A stretch of 64,000 nt of DNA from Spirochaetaceae bacterium (GCA_007693325.1 REDW01000061.1:21564-85563), one strand, 5' to 3'. Shown: positions 38,785 through 49,905, counted from the first letter of the stretch. Translations and numbers: made by a program. Notes: generated by a model from the letters alone, not told the origin.

Positions 38785-39609
38785 GTGGCAATCAAGAAGT
38801 ATAAGGCAATCACGCCTGGAATGCGCTATAAGACCAGCCTCGTCTTCTCAGAGGTTGACAAGAAGAGCCCTGAAAAGGCGCTGACCAAGGGAGCGGCCTT
38901 TGCCGCCGGTCGCGATTCCGCAGGCCGGATCAGCGTGCGGCGCAAGGGCGGCCGCCACAAGCGCAAGTACCGCGAGATCGATTTTCGCCGTGATAAGGTT
39001 GGTGTTCCCGGGAAGGTTGTATCGATTGAATACGATCCCAACCGTACCGCCAATATCGCGCTGGTACAATACGCCGACGGCGAAAAGCGTTACATCGTGG
39101 CGCCCAAGGGACTTGCCGCTGGTGCGCTGATCGAGAACGGCGAGAATGCAGCGGTGCGAGTAGGAAACTCGCTACCGCTGGAGCGGCTGCCGTTGGGCTC
39201 CACGGTGCACAACGTGGAGCTTCAGAAAGGGCGCGGCGGTCAACTTGCCCGCTCTGCCGGCGCCGGTGCAGTTCTGGTTGCCAGGGAGAAAGACTACGTA
39301 ACTCTGCGGCTGCCCTCCGGCGAGATGCGCATGGTGTTCAAGAAGTGCAGCGCCACCGTTGGGACGGTCGGCAATGAAGATCATATGAACGTTTCGCTTG
39401 GTAAAGCCGGGCGAGCGCGCTGGCTGGGTCGCCGACCCAAGGTCCGAGGCGTGGTCATGAACCCGGTCGATCATCCGCACGGCGGCGGTGAAGGTAAGAC
39501 CTCCGGCGGGCGTCATCCCGTTTCGCCGACGGGGCAGCCCACCAAGGGGTACAAGACGCGCAAGAAGCGTAAGTCGTCGAGCAAGTTCATCGTCAAGCGG
39601 CGGAAATAG
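38785..39609 (+). CDS. rplB: 50S ribosomal protein L2
   Basis: [34 protein letters not shown] signature. GTG start. Confidence 0.95.
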   Translation: MAIKKYKAITPGMRYKTSLVFSEVDKKSPEKALTKGAAFAAGRDSAGRISVRRKGGRHKRKYREIDFRRDKVGVPGKVVSIEYDPNRTANIALVQYADGEKRYIVAPKGLAAGALIENGENAAVRVGNSLPLERLPLGSTVHNVELQKGRGGQLARSAGAGAVLVAREKDYVTLRLPSGEMRMVFKKCSATVGTVGNEDHMNVSLGKAGRARWLGRRPKVRGVVMNPVDHPHGGGEGKTSGGRHPVSPTGQPTKGYKTRKKRKSSSKFIVKRRK

Positions 39610-39618
39610 GAGTAGGTA

Positions 39619-39900
39619 GTGTCGAGATCGATTAAGAAGGGGCCGTTCATAGAGAAGAGTCTCTACACCAGGGTAGTGGACATGAACCGCTCAGGGCAGA
39701 AAAAGATGATCAAGACCTTCTCGCGGTGCTCCACAATTATTCCGGAGATGGTTGGTATCACCATTTCGGTGTACAACGGCAAGACCTGGGTGCCGGTCTA
39801 CGTTACCGAGAACCTGGTGGGTCACAAGCTGGGTGAGTTTGCGCCTACGCGTGTATTTCGAGGTCACGCCGGTTCGGACCGCAAGGCCTCCAGGCGCTAA
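39619..39900 (+). CDS. rpsS: 30S ribosomal protein S19
   Basis: SRSIKKGPF......VYNGK....[17 protein letters not shown] signature. Confidence 0.95.
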   Translation: MSRSIKKGPFIEKSLYTRVVDMNRSGQKKMIKTFSRCSTIIPEMVGITISVYNGKTWVPVYVTENLVGHKLGEFAPTRVFRGHAGSDRKASRR

Positions 39901-39920
39901 CGGGAACAGGGAAGAGAATT

Positions 39921-40283
39921 ATGGCGGAACAAGACGGCTACCGCGCGCTGGCGCGCTACATACTGGTGTCACCGTTCAAAGTGAGGCGCGTTGCTGATAA
40001 CGTTCGGCGGCGGCCATATCCGGAGGCGGTTGCAATTCTCGAGAATCTGCCGCACAAGTCGGCGCGGATTCTTAAGAAGGTGATCCAATCGGCAGCGGCA
40101 AATGCGCTGTACCAGAACAAGAACCTCGATGAGGACATGCTCTACGTCAAGGAACTGCAGGTCAACGAGGGGCCCAGAATGAAGCGCTTGTGGTATCGTG
40201 CGCGCGGACGCGCCGACATGCTGCACAAGAGAATGAGTCATATCACTGCCGTTGTGGACGAGATGAAGAGGACGGGGGCATAG
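39921..40283 (+). CDS. rplV: 50S ribosomal protein L22
   Basis: Conserved L22 pattern (A.ARY...SP.K.R.VAD.VR...V..A..IL) and operon position. Confidence 0.93.
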   Translation: MAEQDGYRALARYILVSPFKVRRVADNVRRRPYPEAVAILENLPHKSARILKKVIQSAAANALYQNKNLDEDMLYVKELQVNEGPRMKRLWYRARGRADMLHKRMSHITAVVDEMKRTGA

Positions 40284-40284
40284 C

Positions 40285-40986
40285 GTGGGACAGAAAGTCA
40301 ATCCAGTCGGTATCCGGCTCAATATCAACAAGACCTGGCGCTCCAAGTGGTACGTAGACCCGCGCGAGTACGCCGATACGCTGCACGAAGACCTCAAGCT
40401 TCGTAAACTGCTGAATACCAGCCCTCTGACCCGCGGCGCCGAGATAGCCGACGTGGAAATCATCCGGCATCCACAGCGGATCACGCTGGTAATTCAGACC
40501 TCGCGCCCCGGTGTAGTGATCGGAACCAAAGGGTCTAACATCGAGAAGATCGGCAACATGCTGCAGCAGGCAGCCGGCCGCAAGATCCAGATCAAGATCA
40601 AGGAGATCAAGCGCGCCGAGACCGATGCGCAGGTAATCGCGCTGAACGTGGCGCGCCAGTTGCGGTCGCGCGGATCATTCCGGCGGACGCTGAAGATGGC
40701 GGTTTCATCGGCCATGAAGGCGGGCGTTCAGGGTATCAAGATCCGCATTGCCGGTCGTCTTGGCGGGGCCGAGATGTCGCGCAATGAGACCATCAAGGAC
40801 GGCCGAGTACCGCTGCACACCCTGCGCGCTGATATCGGCTACGGGTTTGCCGAGGCAAACACTACGTTCGGCACAATCGGCGTCAAGGTGTGGACGTTCC
40901 AGGGCGAAGTGCTTCGACGCGATTCGAAGGATGACGCCGGGTTGCTGGTGCGCAAGCGGCGCGAAAAGGCCCCGGCGAGGAGTTAA
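40285..40986 (+). CDS. rpsC: 30S ribosomal protein S3
   Basis: MGQKVNP.G.RL.I...W.S.W, KH domain and GRL.GAEM.R.E....GRVPLHTLRADI. Confidence 0.95.
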   Translation: MGQKVNPVGIRLNINKTWRSKWYVDPREYADTLHEDLKLRKLLNTSPLTRGAEIADVEIIRHPQRITLVIQTSRPGVVIGTKGSNIEKIGNMLQQAAGRKIQIKIKEIKRAETDAQVIALNVARQLRSRGSFRRTLKMAVSSAMKAGVQGIKIRIAGRLGGAEMSRNETIKDGRVPLHTLRADIGYGFAEANTTFGTIGVKVWTFQGEVLRRDSKDDAGLLVRKRREKAPARS

Positions 40987-40989
40987 CAG

Positions 40990-41409
40990 ATGCTGAGCCC
41001 AAAGAGGACGAAATACAGAAAGCGGCAGCGCCAGGTCAAGAAGTCGATGCTCGGCAAGGCAAACCGCGGTAATCAGCTCAGTTTCGGTGAGTTTGGTCTG
41101 GTGTCGATGGAGTCGGCGTGGATTACAAATCGGCAGATCGAGGCAGCGCGTATCGCTATGACGCGTCACATCAAACGTGGTGGCAAGGTCTGGATCCGTT
41201 TCTTTCCGGACGTTCCCTACACCAAGAAGCCTGCCGAGACGCGGATGGGAAAGGGCAAGGGAAGTCCTGAACACTGGGTAGCGGTGGCAAAGCCCGGACT
41301 TGTTATGTTTGAACTTTCGGGTGTCAGCGAATCGTTGGCCCAGGACGCGCTTCGGCTTGCTGCAAGTAAGCTGCCGGTCAAGACGAAGTTCGTTATGAGA
41401 AGGTGGTAA
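40990..41409 (+). CDS. rplP: 50S ribosomal protein L16
   Basis: [13 protein letters not shown]....G.A..G......G.FGL...[16 protein letters not shown]. Confidence 0.95.
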   Translation: MLSPKRTKYRKRQRQVKKSMLGKANRGNQLSFGEFGLVSMESAWITNRQIEAARIAMTRHIKRGGKVWIRFFPDVPYTKKPAETRMGKGKGSPEHWVAVAKPGLVMFELSGVSESLAQDALRLAASKLPVKTKFVMRRW

Positions 41410-41412
41410 CGC

Positions 41413-41619
41413 GTGAAGAACTCGTTTAAGGACCTTACGTTCCAGGAACTGCTCGCCAAGCGCGAGGAGTTGCGCAAGAAGTACCGGGACCTGCGTTTCG
41501 ACGTGGTAGTCGGGCATGTGGAGAATCCGTTGCAGAAGAGAACGCTGCGGCGCCAGATCGCTCGCCTGAATACCCGCATCTACAATCACGCGGAAGTGGT
41601 TGGAAGTTCAGAGGAGTAA
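41413..41619 (+). CDS. rpmC: 50S ribosomal protein L29
   Basis: Size, helical L29 pattern (EL....EELRKK..DLRF) and operon position. GTG start. Confidence 0.9.
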   Translation: MKNSFKDLTFQELLAKREELRKKYRDLRFDVVVGHVENPLQKRTLRRQIARLNTRIYNHAEVVGSSEE

Positions 41620-41622
41620 ACC

Positions 41623-41895
41623 GTGGAGAGCGTCATAAAGCTTCCAAGGACGAAGCGCAAGATCTTTACCGGCGTTGTAACCAGCGACAAGATGGACAAA
41701 ACAATCGTTGTGTCGATTGCCAAGCGCAAGGTTCATCGGTTGTATAAGAAGTACGTAAACGAACGCAAGAAAGTCAAAGCGCACGATGAGAATAACGAAG
41801 CGCACGTAGGTGACACCGTTCGCGTTGTCGAGTCGCGCCCGGTCAGCAAAGAGAAGGCGTGGCGCCTGCTGCAAATTGTCGAGCGGGCGAGATAG
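41623..41895 (+). CDS. rpsQ: 30S ribosomal protein S17
   Basis: G.V.SDKMDKTIVV........H..YKK......K..AHDE.N.A..GD.V...E.RP.SK.K.W. Confidence 0.93.
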   Translation: MESVIKLPRTKRKIFTGVVTSDKMDKTIVVSIAKRKVHRLYKKYVNERKKVKAHDENNEAHVGDTVRVVESRPVSKEKAWRLLQIVERAR

Positions 41896-41915
41896 TCGAG
41901 AGATAGGGTAGCGTC

Positions 41916-42284
41916 ATGATACAGATGAACAGCTTTCTGAACGTTGCAGATAACTCGGGCGCAAAACGGGTGCAGTGCATCAAGGTGCTGGGCGGCAGCA
42001 AGCGGCGTACCGCGGCGGTTGGCGATGTGATTGTGGTAGCGGTCAAGAACGCGCTGCCAAACGCCCCGATCAAGAAGGGCAATGTGGAACGTGCGGTGGT
42101 GGTGAGGACAAAGAAAGAGTTCCGCCGACCGGACGGAACCTATATTCGCTTTGATGACAACGCCTGCGTGATCATCGATGCTGCGCAGAACCCCAAGGGC
42201 AAGCGAATCTTCGGGCCGGTTGCGCGCGAGTTGCGCGACAGCAATTACATGAAGATCATTTCGCTGGCGCCTGAGGTCTTGTAG
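41916..42284 (+). CDS. rplN: 50S ribosomal protein L14
   Basis: [28 protein letters not shown] signature. Confidence 0.97.
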   Translation: MIQMNSFLNVADNSGAKRVQCIKVLGGSKRRTAAVGDVIVVAVKNALPNAPIKKGNVERAVVVRTKKEFRRPDGTYIRFDDNACVIIDAAQNPKGKRIFGPVARELRDSNYMKIISLAPEVL

Positions 42285-42293
42285 GAGGAAACG

Positions 42294-42617
42294 ATGGCGA
42301 TGTCTGCAGCAAAAACCAGAATTCAGCGGGACGATCAGGTTCGCATCGTTGCCGGTAAAGACAAAGGAAAGAGTGGCCGCGTGCTGCGCGTGGACCGCAA
42401 GAGCGGGCGCGTGCTGGTGGAGGGCGTGAATATCGTCAAGAAGGCGATGCGCAAGAAGCGCGAGAATGACCGCGGTGGTATTGTAGAGCTGGAGGCACCG
42501 GTGCACATTTCCAACGTGATGCTGCTGACCAAGAACGGTACCGCGACACGAATCGGTTTTCGTGTTGAAAAAGGGCGCAAGGTTCGTATCGCCAAGAAAA
42601 CCGGAGAGCAGTTGTAA
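42294..42617 (+). CDS. rplX: 50S ribosomal protein L24
   Basis: KOW motif ([16 protein letters not shown]) and operon position. Confidence 0.93.
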   Translation: MAMSAAKTRIQRDDQVRIVAGKDKGKSGRVLRVDRKSGRVLVEGVNIVKKAMRKKRENDRGGIVELEAPVHISNVMLLTKNGTATRIGFRVEKGRKVRIAKKTGEQL

Positions 42618-43177
42618 TGGCAGCAGTAGCACAGTACGTACCAGAGCTGAAAACAGCCTATCAGCAGTCGATACGGCAGCAGCTGATGGAGGAATTTTCG
42701 TACCGGTCGGTGATGGAAATACCGCGGCTGGAGAAGATTATCCTGAGCATGGGTGTTGGTGACGTTATCGTCAATAAGAAGTACCTGGAGTCGGCGGTCG
42801 CAGAGCTGAGCCTGATTGCCGGTCAGCGTGCGGTTCGCACCAAGGCGCGCAAGTCGATTTCCAATTTCAAACTGCGCGAAGGGATGGAAATCGGCGCCAA
42901 GGTGACGCTGCGCGGGGCGCGAATGTATGAGTTCCTCTACCGGCTGGTGAATATCGCCCTGCCGCGGGTCAAGGACTTTCGGGGCGTGAACCCGAATGCT
43001 TTTGACGGCCACGGGAACTACTCGCTGGGGGTGACAGAGCAGATCATTTTTCCCGAGATTGACTACGACAAGATCGAGCGGGTAACCGGTCTGAACATCG
43101 TCATTGTCACTACCGCGAAGACGGATCAGGAAGCCAAGAGCCTTCTGCAGAAACTGGGAATGCCCTTCAGGAAATAG
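42617..43177 (+). CDS. rplE: 50S ribosomal protein L5
   Basis: Conserved L5 pattern (...P.LEKI.L.MGVG......K.L..A...L..I.GQ....T.A.KSI..FK.R.G). Start overlaps the rplX stop by 1 nt. Confidence 0.95.
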   Translation: MAAVAQYVPELKTAYQQSIRQQLMEEFSYRSVMEIPRLEKIILSMGVGDVIVNKKYLESAVAELSLIAGQRAVRTKARKSISNFKLREGMEIGAKVTLRGARMYEFLYRLVNIALPRVKDFRGVNPNAFDGHGNYSLGVTEQIIFPEIDYDKIERVTGLNIVIVTTAKTDQEAKSLLQKLGMPFRK

Positions 43178-43189
43178 AGAGGAGATCGC

Positions 43190-43375
43190 ATGGCGAAGAA
43201 GTCGTTGATCGTAAAGGCACAGAAGAAACCCAAGTTCTCTACACGCGGTTATAATCGGTGCAGAGTGTGCGGAAGACCGCGCGGGTACATGCGCAAGTTC
43301 CAGATGTGCAGGATCTGTTTCCGGAAATTGGCAAGCGAAGGTTTGATACCTGGTGTGACCAAGTCGAGCTGGTAG
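43190..43375 (+). CDS. rpsN: 30S ribosomal protein S14 type Z (61 aa, zinc-binding)
   Basis: [27 protein letters not shown] carries the CxxC...CxxC pattern. Confidence 0.95.
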   Translation: MAKKSLIVKAQKKPKFSTRGYNRCRVCGRPRGYMRKFQMCRICFRKLASEGLIPGVTKSSW

Positions 43376-43388
43376 GGAGAGAGAAAGT

Positions 43389-43787
43389 ATGAGTATTTCC
43401 GACCCTGTAGCTGATATGCTGACCAAGATCCGCAACGCCAGCACGGCAAAGTTCGAGAAGGTTGATATCAATCCTTCCAAGCTCAAGCTGGAAATTGTGA
43501 AGATCCTGAAGAATGAGGGCTTCATCAAGAACTTCAAGAAAGTGTCGCAGGATGACAACACGGTTATCCGGATTTTCCTGAAGTACGACGACAGGATGAA
43601 CCCGATTATACACGGAGTGCAGAAGATCTCAACGCCCGGACGTCGCGTATATTCGGGCTATAAGAAGATGCCGCGCGTGTACAACGGCTACGGTACCATA
43701 ATAGTATCGACTTCTTCCGGAGTTACAACGGGGAAGAAGGCTGCCGAGCGCAAGGTGGGCGGTGAGCTCATCTGTTCCGTCTGGTAA
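43389..43787 (+). CDS. rpsH: 30S ribosomal protein S8
   Basis: [12 protein letters not shown].......V..P.SK.K..I..IL..EGFI signature. Confidence 0.95.
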   Translation: MSISDPVADMLTKIRNASTAKFEKVDINPSKLKLEIVKILKNEGFIKNFKKVSQDDNTVIRIFLKYDDRMNPIIHGVQKISTPGRRVYSGYKKMPRVYNGYGTIIVSTSSGVTTGKKAAERKVGGELICSVW

Positions 43788-43799
43788 GGGGAGAGAAGA

Positions 43800-44339
43800 A
43801 TGTCTCGAATCGGTAAACTGCCCGTCACAATTCCCCAGGGTGTCAGCGTAACCGTCGATAAGACGCAGGTGACCGTCGAGGGTCCCAAGGGCACGTTGAC
43901 CCAGAGCTTTGTGCCGTTGGTGGAGTTCGCTGTTGAAGACGGAACGTGTGTGGTAACGCGTAAGAATGATAGCAAGAAGGCGCGGTCGTTTCACGGATTG
44001 TATCGAAAGCTGCTCGAAAACATGGTTGTAGGAGTCACTCAGGGATTCACCAGGACGCTGCTGATAACCGGTGTTGGGTACCGCGCTGAGGCGCAGGCAG
44101 ACAGTGTTGTGTTGAATCTCGGCTACTCGATGCCGATCGAGTACCCTGTTCCCGAAGGGCTCAGCATTACAACCGAAGGACCGAACAAGATTACAATCAG
44201 CGGTATCAGTCGTGAGAAGGTGGGGCAGGCCGCGGCCGAGATTCGGTCGCTGAGGCCGCCGGAGCCGTACAAAGGCAAGGGCGTCAAGTACGAAGATGAG
44301 ACGGTCGTCCGTAAGGTCGGCAAAGCGGGAATTAAGTAA
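43800..44339 (+). CDS. rplF: 50S ribosomal protein L6
   Basis: MSRIGK.P..IP.GV.V.......V.V.GPKG.L pattern. Confidence 0.95.
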   Translation: MSRIGKLPVTIPQGVSVTVDKTQVTVEGPKGTLTQSFVPLVEFAVEDGTCVVTRKNDSKKARSFHGLYRKLLENMVVGVTQGFTRTLLITGVGYRAEAQADSVVLNLGYSMPIEYPVPEGLSITTEGPNKITISGISREKVGQAAAEIRSLRPPEPYKGKGVKYEDETVVRKVGKAGIK

Positions 44340-44353
44340 ACCAGGATAACAGC

Positions 44354-44713
44354 ATGAAGACGCTACAGCTAAAACGAGCAAGAAAGCAAAAGCGAAAGAT
44401 GCGGATTCGTAAGCGCATCATCGGTACCGCCGAGTGTCCACGCTTGAGCGTTTACAAGAGCAATCGCTATATCTACCTGCAGGCCATCGATGATGGCGCC
44501 GGTACAACGATCCTCGGCATGTCCACAGCTCACGGTGATACCAGGGGCCTGAAACAGACCGTTGAAGATGGGCAGAAATTTGGACAGGCGTTCGGCGAAC
44601 GGTTGAAAGCCAGGAACGTTAACAAGGCGGTGTTCGACCGCAACGGCAATCTGTACCACGGGGTGATTAAGGCCGTGGCGGATGGAGCGCGCAAAGCCGG
44701 GATTGAGTTTTAG
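44354..44713 (+). CDS. rplR: 50S ribosomal protein L18
   Basis: [18 protein letters not shown]....T......FDR.G..YHG...A.ADGAR.AG..F pattern. Confidence 0.95.
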   Translation: MKTLQLKRARKQKRKMRIRKRIIGTAECPRLSVYKSNRYIYLQAIDDGAGTTILGMSTAHGDTRGLKQTVEDGQKFGQAFGERLKARNVNKAVFDRNGNLYHGVIKAVADGARKAGIEF

Positions 44714-44722
44714 GAGGACGCT

Positions 44723-45220
44723 GTGGTACATGATCGGGGAGACAAAGATCTTAGCGAGAAGCTGATCAAGCTCAATCGCGTTGCAAAGGTCGTTAAGGGT
44801 GGTCGCAGGTTCTCATTTTCGGCGCTGGTAGTTGTCGGTGACAAGAACGGCACGGTTGGCTACGGCTATGGCAAAGCCAACGACGTCTCGGAAGCTATCC
44901 GCAAAGGCGTGGAGAAGGCCAAGGGCAATACTATCCGGGTGCCTATGCAGAAGGCGTCTGTGCCGCATGTAATCGTGGGCGAGTACAAGAGCGCGCGCGT
45001 GCTGATAAAGCCCGCGGCGCCCGGTACCGGGATTATCGCCGGCGGTCCGGTACGCGCTGTCATGGAGGTAGGCGGAATCAACGATGTGCAGAGCAAATCG
45101 CTTGGATCGCCCAACCCGTTGAACATTGTCAAAGCAGTGTTCCAGGGACTCGGCTCGCTGTTTGATGCGCGCGAAGTTGCACGAAACCGCGGCAAGACCG
45201 TCAAAGAGTTGTGGGGCTGA
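44723..45220 (+). CDS. rpsE: 30S ribosomal protein S5
   Basis: [34 protein letters not shown] signature. GTG start. Confidence 0.95.
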   Translation: MVHDRGDKDLSEKLIKLNRVAKVVKGGRRFSFSALVVVGDKNGTVGYGYGKANDVSEAIRKGVEKAKGNTIRVPMQKASVPHVIVGEYKSARVLIKPAAPGTGIIAGGPVRAVMEVGGINDVQSKSLGSPNPLNIVKAVFQGLGSLFDAREVARNRGKTVKELWG

Positions 45221-45223
45221 CAG

Positions 45224-45403
45224 ATGAAGGTGCGAATCACGCTGGTCAAGAGTCCAATAGGCCGCAAACCCACCCACGTACGAACCGTGGAAGCGCTGGG
45301 CTTGCGCAAGCTGCATCACTCGGTTGAGAAAGAGGCAAACCCCGCCATTATGGGGATGGTTAACCGGGTCTCGTATCTCGTGCGCTGTGAGGAGATTGGA
45401 TGA
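45224..45403 (+). CDS. rpmD: 50S ribosomal protein L30 (59 aa)
   Basis: Hand-read [59 protein letters not shown]. Below the track cutoff. Stop overlaps the rplO ATG (ATGA). Confidence 0.9.
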   Translation: MKVRITLVKSPIGRKPTHVRTVEALGLRKLHHSVEKEANPAIMGMVNRVSYLVRCEEIG

Positions 45404-45837
45404 TGTTGAAGGCACCGGCACACAAAAACAAGAAGCGCATCGGTCGCGGTCCTGGCAGCGGAAACGGTAAGACATCGGGCCGCGGGCATAAGGGGCAGAA
45501 CTCGCGCTCCGGCGGCGGCGTGCGCCTCGGATTCGAGGGTGGTCAGATGCCGCTCTACCGGCGTATAGCACGACGCGGATTTTCCAACTACCCGTTCAAA
45601 GTCACCTACGATGTGGTCAATGTTGCTGACCTGGAACGCGTATTTGGCGACGGCGATGTGATTACCCCCGACGTGTTGAAAGCGAAAAGACTCGTCCGCT
45701 CGAAGAGTCTCAGCATAAAGGTCCTCGGCGGTGGCGAGCTCACAAAGAAGCTTACCGTTCAGGGGCTCGAGCTCTCGAAAGCTGCTCAGGAAAAGGTCGA
45801 AAAGGCCGGTGGGGCTATCGAAGAGCTGAAGGCGTAG
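45400..45837 (+). CDS. rplO: 50S ribosomal protein L15
   Basis: [39 protein letters not shown]. Confidence 0.95.
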   Translation: MMLKAPAHKNKKRIGRGPGSGNGKTSGRGHKGQNSRSGGGVRLGFEGGQMPLYRRIARRGFSNYPFKVTYDVVNVADLERVFGDGDVITPDVLKAKRLVRSKSLSIKVLGGGELTKKLTVQGLELSKAAQEKVEKAGGAIEELKA

Positions 45838-45846
45838 GTAGGATTA

Positions 45847-47166
45847 ATGGCTTCGAACGCAATTGTAGACATATTTCGAATCCGCGATCTCCGCGAACGA
45901 ATCATCTTCACTTTTCTGATGCTGGTGATTTTTCGCCTGGGTGCAACGATTCCCATCCCCGGGATCAACGTCAACGCGTTGCGTCTCTATTTCCAGACGC
46001 AAGCGGGGACGGGCCTGTCGGTCACCGAGTATCTCGACTTCTTCGCCGGTGGTGCGTTCAGCCGTTTCTCGGTCTTCATGCTCGGAATCATGCCCTACAT
46101 TTCGATGTCGATCATCATGCAGCTGTTGTTGCTGGTGTTCCCGGCGTTGAAAAAGATTTCAGAGGAAGAGGGCGGCCGTAAGAAAATTCAGCGCTACACG
46201 CGTTACGGTACCGTAGTGGTCTGTATCATTCAGTCGTTTGCGGTTGCGGTTTACGCCGATAGCATTCCGGATGCAATTACCCTGCCGCGCGGCCTCTACA
46301 TGGTTGTATCGATGCTGACGGTAACCGCGGGTACCGTGTTTCTGGTCTGGATTGGCGAACAGATCAACCAACGAGGAATCGGAAACGGTATATCGCTGTT
46401 GATCTTTGCCGGTATTGTGGCGCGGCTGCCGGCCGGAATCTGGGTGCTGATCCAGGATGTTCAGGCGGGCGACCTCAATCCGGTATTTGTTATCGTGGTA
46501 TTTATCATGTTTGCTGTGGTGGTAGCGCTGGTTGTATACGAGCAGCGGGGACAGCGCAAGATACCGGTGCACTACGCAAAGCGCGTGGTTGGGCGCAAAC
46601 TGTACGGAGCGCAGAATACCTACGTTCCGTTCAAGATCAACCCTTCCGGTGTTATCCCGGTGATTTTTGCTGCATCCGTCATGACCTTTCCGCTCCAGAT
46701 TGCACAGAGCATGGGGCCCGACGTGCGCTGGTTGCAGCAGGTTGCCATCTGGCTTCGTCCCGACGGGCCCGCGTATTTGATTACGTATACGCTGTTGATC
46801 ATCTTCTTCGCCTATTTCTATACGCAGGTGACCTTGAACCCAATCGAAATTTCCAAGAATATCCGTGAGAACGGTGGTTCGATTCCTGGTATCCGCTCGG
46901 AGAAGATGGAAGAGTACTTTGCACGGATTCTGAATCGAATCATCCTGCCTGGGGCCATATTTTTGGCGTTCATCGCCCTTATCCCGACGTTGGTTCAGCA
47001 GTTGTTTAACTTTCCCGCCGAGCTGGCGTTTCTGATGGGCGGTACTTCGCTTCTGATCCTGGTTGGTGTGGACCTCGACCTGATGTCACAGATTGAGGGC
47101 CACCTTCGGATGCACCACCATGACGGACTGACCAAGAAGGGGCGGCTGAAGTCGCGCTACCTGTAG
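45847..47166 (+). CDS. secY: preprotein translocase subunit SecY
   Basis: 439-aa polytopic membrane protein with SecY blocks ([23 protein letters not shown]). Confidence 0.95.
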   Translation: MASNAIVDIFRIRDLRERIIFTFLMLVIFRLGATIPIPGINVNALRLYFQTQAGTGLSVTEYLDFFAGGAFSRFSVFMLGIMPYISMSIIMQLLLLVFPALKKISEEEGGRKKIQRYTRYGTVVVCIIQSFAVAVYADSIPDAITLPRGLYMVVSMLTVTAGTVFLVWIGEQINQRGIGNGISLLIFAGIVARLPAGIWVLIQDVQAGDLNPVFVIVVFIMFAVVVALVVYEQRGQRKIPVHYAKRVVGRKLYGAQNTYVPFKINPSGVIPVIFAASVMTFPLQIAQSMGPDVRWLQQVAIWLRPDGPAYLITYTLLIIFFAYFYTQVTLNPIEISKNIRENGGSIPGIRSEKMEEYFARILNRIILPGAIFLAFIALIPTLVQQLFNFPAELAFLMGGTSLLILVGVDLDLMSQIEGHLRMHHHDGLTKKGRLKSRYL

Positions 47167-47182
47167 AGAAGAGGATACGAGG

Positions 47183-47296
47183 ATGAAAGTACGAGTGAGC
47201 GTTAAACCGATGTGTGCAAATTGTAAGGTGATCCGCCGCCGCGGGGTGGTTCGCATCATCTGTACCAACCCGAAACACAAGCAACGGCAGCGATAG
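47183..47296 (+). CDS. rpmJ: 50S ribosomal protein L36 (37 aa)
   Basis: Hand-read [37 protein letters not shown]. Below the track cutoff. Confidence 0.92.
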   Translation: MKVRVSVKPMCANCKVIRRRGVVRIICTNPKHKQRQR

Positions 47297-47306
47297 GGGG
47301 AATAGC

Positions 47307-47672
47307 ATGGCGCGTATTGCCGGCATTGACTTGCCCAACAAACACGTAGATATAGCATTGACTTACATTTTCGGGATCGGCCGGTCCTCTGCAATCGAAA
47401 TCTGCCGCAAGACCGGGATTGACGCAGAACGGCGCATGAACGATCTGAAAGCCGAAGAGATCAACGAACTACGCAACGTAATCGAGAACGATTACGCCGT
47501 TGAGGGGCGGTTGCGTACCGAGGTTTCGCTCAACATCAAGCGGCTGATGGATATCGGCTGTTATCGCGGGTTGCGGCATCGAAAAGGGCTGCCGGTTCGC
47601 GGCCAACGTACCAGGACCAACGCGCGTACCAGGAAGGGCAAGCGCAAGACTGTGGCAGGCAAGAAGAAATAG
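47307..47672 (+). CDS. rpsM: 30S ribosomal protein S13
   Basis: [11 protein letters not shown]....LTYI.GIG......I signature. Confidence 0.95.
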   Translation: MARIAGIDLPNKHVDIALTYIFGIGRSSAIEICRKTGIDAERRMNDLKAEEINELRNVIENDYAVEGRLRTEVSLNIKRLMDIGCYRGLRHRKGLPVRGQRTRTNARTRKGKRKTVAGKKK

Positions 47673-47705
47673 TTCGTCGACCGCTGAAGCGTCGGAGGTA
47701 AAGGC

Positions 47706-48086
47706 TTGGCTAAAGCAAAGAAGAAGAAAGAGAAGAAATCGGTATACGAAGGCAACGTCTACATCCAGGCGACCTTCAACAACACCATCGTCACAATCAC
47801 CGACCTGGCGGGCAATGGCATCTCGTGGGCCAGCGCGGGCGGATTGGGTTTCAGGGGTGCCAAGAAATCGACCCCCTACGCTGCTCAGACCACAGCTGAG
47901 TCTGCAGCGTCGAAAGCTCGCGATGTGGGACTGCAGGAAGTGCACGTCTACGTCAAGGGCCCAGGTGTTGGGCGTGAATCTGCCATTCGTTCGCTTGGAG
48001 CACTCGGTCTGAGAGTCCGATCGATAAAAGACGTCACGCCGATCCCGCACAATGGGTGCAGGCCTCGTAAGAGTCGGCGCGTGTAG
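47706..48086 (+). CDS. rpsK: 30S ribosomal protein S11
   Basis: [38 protein letters not shown] signature. TTG start 8 nt after GGAGG. Confidence 0.95.
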   Translation: MAKAKKKKEKKSVYEGNVYIQATFNNTIVTITDLAGNGISWASAGGLGFRGAKKSTPYAAQTTAESAASKARDVGLQEVHVYVKGPGVGRESAIRSLGALGLRVRSIKDVTPIPHNGCRPRKSRRV

Positions 48087-48111
48087 TTCTGCGCGTGATG
48101 CTCTCTGCATT

Positions 48112-48140
48112 GACCGCGGTGTGATCCGCGGTCGTGTTTT
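48112..48140 (+). terminator. hairpin with T-rich tail between rpsK and rpoA (attenuator-like)
   Basis: GACCGCGG (48112..48119), loop tgtgat, CCGCGGTC (48126..48133), followed by GTGTTTT. Confidence 0.4.
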
Positions 48141-48175
48141 CGGTTGGCACATCCGTTGCGACAAGAGGAGTCAAG

Positions 48176-49252
48176 ATGGCACGAAAAAATCTGCTACGGG
48201 GTTTTAAGAAGCCCAAAGGCATTACGTTTGAGCACAGTGAGGTAACGCCAAACTACGGCAAGTTCGTAGCGCACCCGTTTGAGCGCGGCTATGGCTGGAC
48301 TATTGGCAACGCACTGCGGCGCATCCTGCTCTCCTCCATTCAGGGGTACGCAGTAACTGCGATTCGCGTAACCAGTTACGATGGTGATGGAACCGCGCGC
48401 GTGCTCGCGAGCGAATTTGATTCTATCCCGGAAGTTGTCGAGGATACGCCGGACATCATTAACAGTATCAAACAGTTGCAGGTTGCGCTGGCGCACGATG
48501 TTGAGCAGAAGACCATCTTTGTCGAGCTCAAGGGTCCCGCGGAAATCAAGGGCGGTGCTTTTGCGGTTGACGACAGCATAACCGTTGTCAACAAGGATCA
48601 GCCGATCATGACGCTGATGGACAACGCTCACGTTGAGATTGAGGTCCAGATAGATTTTGGGCGTGGTTATGTGCCTGCCGAGTTGAATGAGAAGTATATC
48701 GAAGTTATCGGGACTATACCCATCGATTCGATTTTTTCGCCGGTCAGCCGCGTGCGTTATAACGTTGAGAACACCCGCGTTGGACAGCGGACCGACTTCG
48801 ACAAGCTGATATTTGAGGTCTGGACCGACGGAACGGTATCGCCGGAGGACGCAATAGCGGAAGCGGCCAAGATTGCGAAGGACCACTTCACTATCTTCAT
48901 CAATTTCGATGAGGATGATATTCTTGGTGATGACGACATCGACGAAGAAGAAGAGCGGATTCGCAAACTGCTGGACACGCCGGTGGAAGAGCTGGAGCTG
49001 TCGGTGCGATCGAGCAACTGTCTCAAGAACGCCAATATTCGCAGCATTGGCGACTTGACATCCAGAACGGAGGAGGACATTGCCAAGACGCGAAACTTCG
49101 GCAAGAAGTCTCTTCAGGAGATCAAGGAGAAGCTGACTGAGTGGAACCTCGCTCTCGGCATGACGGATTACAGCTCCTTGAAGAAGGCGCTGCGCGTGGA
49201 ACACGAAGAACACGAAGAGCACGAAGACGAGGAAGAGGAAAATGAGGCATAA
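48176..49252 (+). CDS. rpoA: DNA-directed RNA polymerase subunit alpha
   Basis: N-terminal domain ([19 protein letters not shown]) and C-terminal domain ([20 protein letters not shown]). Start at ATG 48176 after AGGAG; the track ORF opens at 48134. Confidence 0.95.
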   Translation: MARKNLLRGFKKPKGITFEHSEVTPNYGKFVAHPFERGYGWTIGNALRRILLSSIQGYAVTAIRVTSYDGDGTARVLASEFDSIPEVVEDTPDIINSIKQLQVALAHDVEQKTIFVELKGPAEIKGGAFAVDDSITVVNKDQPIMTLMDNAHVEIEVQIDFGRGYVPAELNEKYIEVIGTIPIDSIFSPVSRVRYNVENTRVGQRTDFDKLIFEVWTDGTVSPEDAIAEAAKIAKDHFTIFINFDEDDILGDDDIDEEEERIRKLLDTPVEELELSVRSSNCLKNANIRSIGDLTSRTEEDIAKTRNFGKKSLQEIKEKLTEWNLALGMTDYSSLKKALRVEHEEHEEHEDEEEENEA

Positions 49253-49820
49253 GATCGGTTTTAATCGACTCGGCAGGCGTCCTGCGCATCGCAAGGCGTT
49301 GAAGCGCAACATGGTGACGTCACTTCTGCTGGAAGAGCGCATTAAGACCACGCAGACCAAAGCTTTGGAAGTACGTAGGCTGGCTGAGAAGATGGTTACG
49401 CGTGCCAGAGAGGACAGTGTCCACAACAGGCGCATGATCGGCCGCGACATAAAGAACAAGAAGGCGCTCGCCAAACTGTTTACCGAGATTGGCCCGCGCT
49501 ACAAGAGCCGTGCGGGCGGCTATACCCGCGTGCTGAAGCTTGGCCCGCGCTTCGGCGATGCTGCTGAAATGGTGCTGCTGGAGTTTGTAGATCGCGACGG
49601 GAGTGAGTCGGAACCGCCAACCAGGAAGCAGAAAGCAGCCGCCCAGAAGAGCGAGAAGAAGAGCGAGAGCAAGAAGAGCGCCGCAAAGAAAGAAGACAAT
49701 ATAGTAGAGAAGAGCCCGGCTGAGCCCTCGGAATCTGCTGCAGCCGCACGTACCACTGACGCTGTTTCGCACGAAGCGCAACCGGCGCACAAGGCAGAAC
49801 AAGAACCGGCGGGCGAGTAG
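49242..49820 (+). CDS. rplQ: 50S ribosomal protein L17 with about 74-aa low-complexity C-terminal extension
   Basis: [22 protein letters not shown]...L....I.TT..KA.E.R...E. The core ends near LLEFVDR (about residue 118). The rest is rich in K, A, E and S. Confidence 0.93.
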   Translation: MRHKIGFNRLGRRPAHRKALKRNMVTSLLLEERIKTTQTKALEVRRLAEKMVTRAREDSVHNRRMIGRDIKNKKALAKLFTEIGPRYKSRAGGYTRVLKLGPRFGDAAEMVLLEFVDRDGSESEPPTRKQKAAAQKSEKKSESKKSAAKKEDNIVEKSPAEPSESAAAARTTDAVSHEAQPAHKAEQEPAGE

Positions 49821-49905
49821 GGGCGCTGGCCGGTTCAAGCGTTCCCCGAAAACAGCCGATATTGCGAACGAGGGTCTTGCGTCTCGGGGAGGTTCGCGCA
49901 GAATC

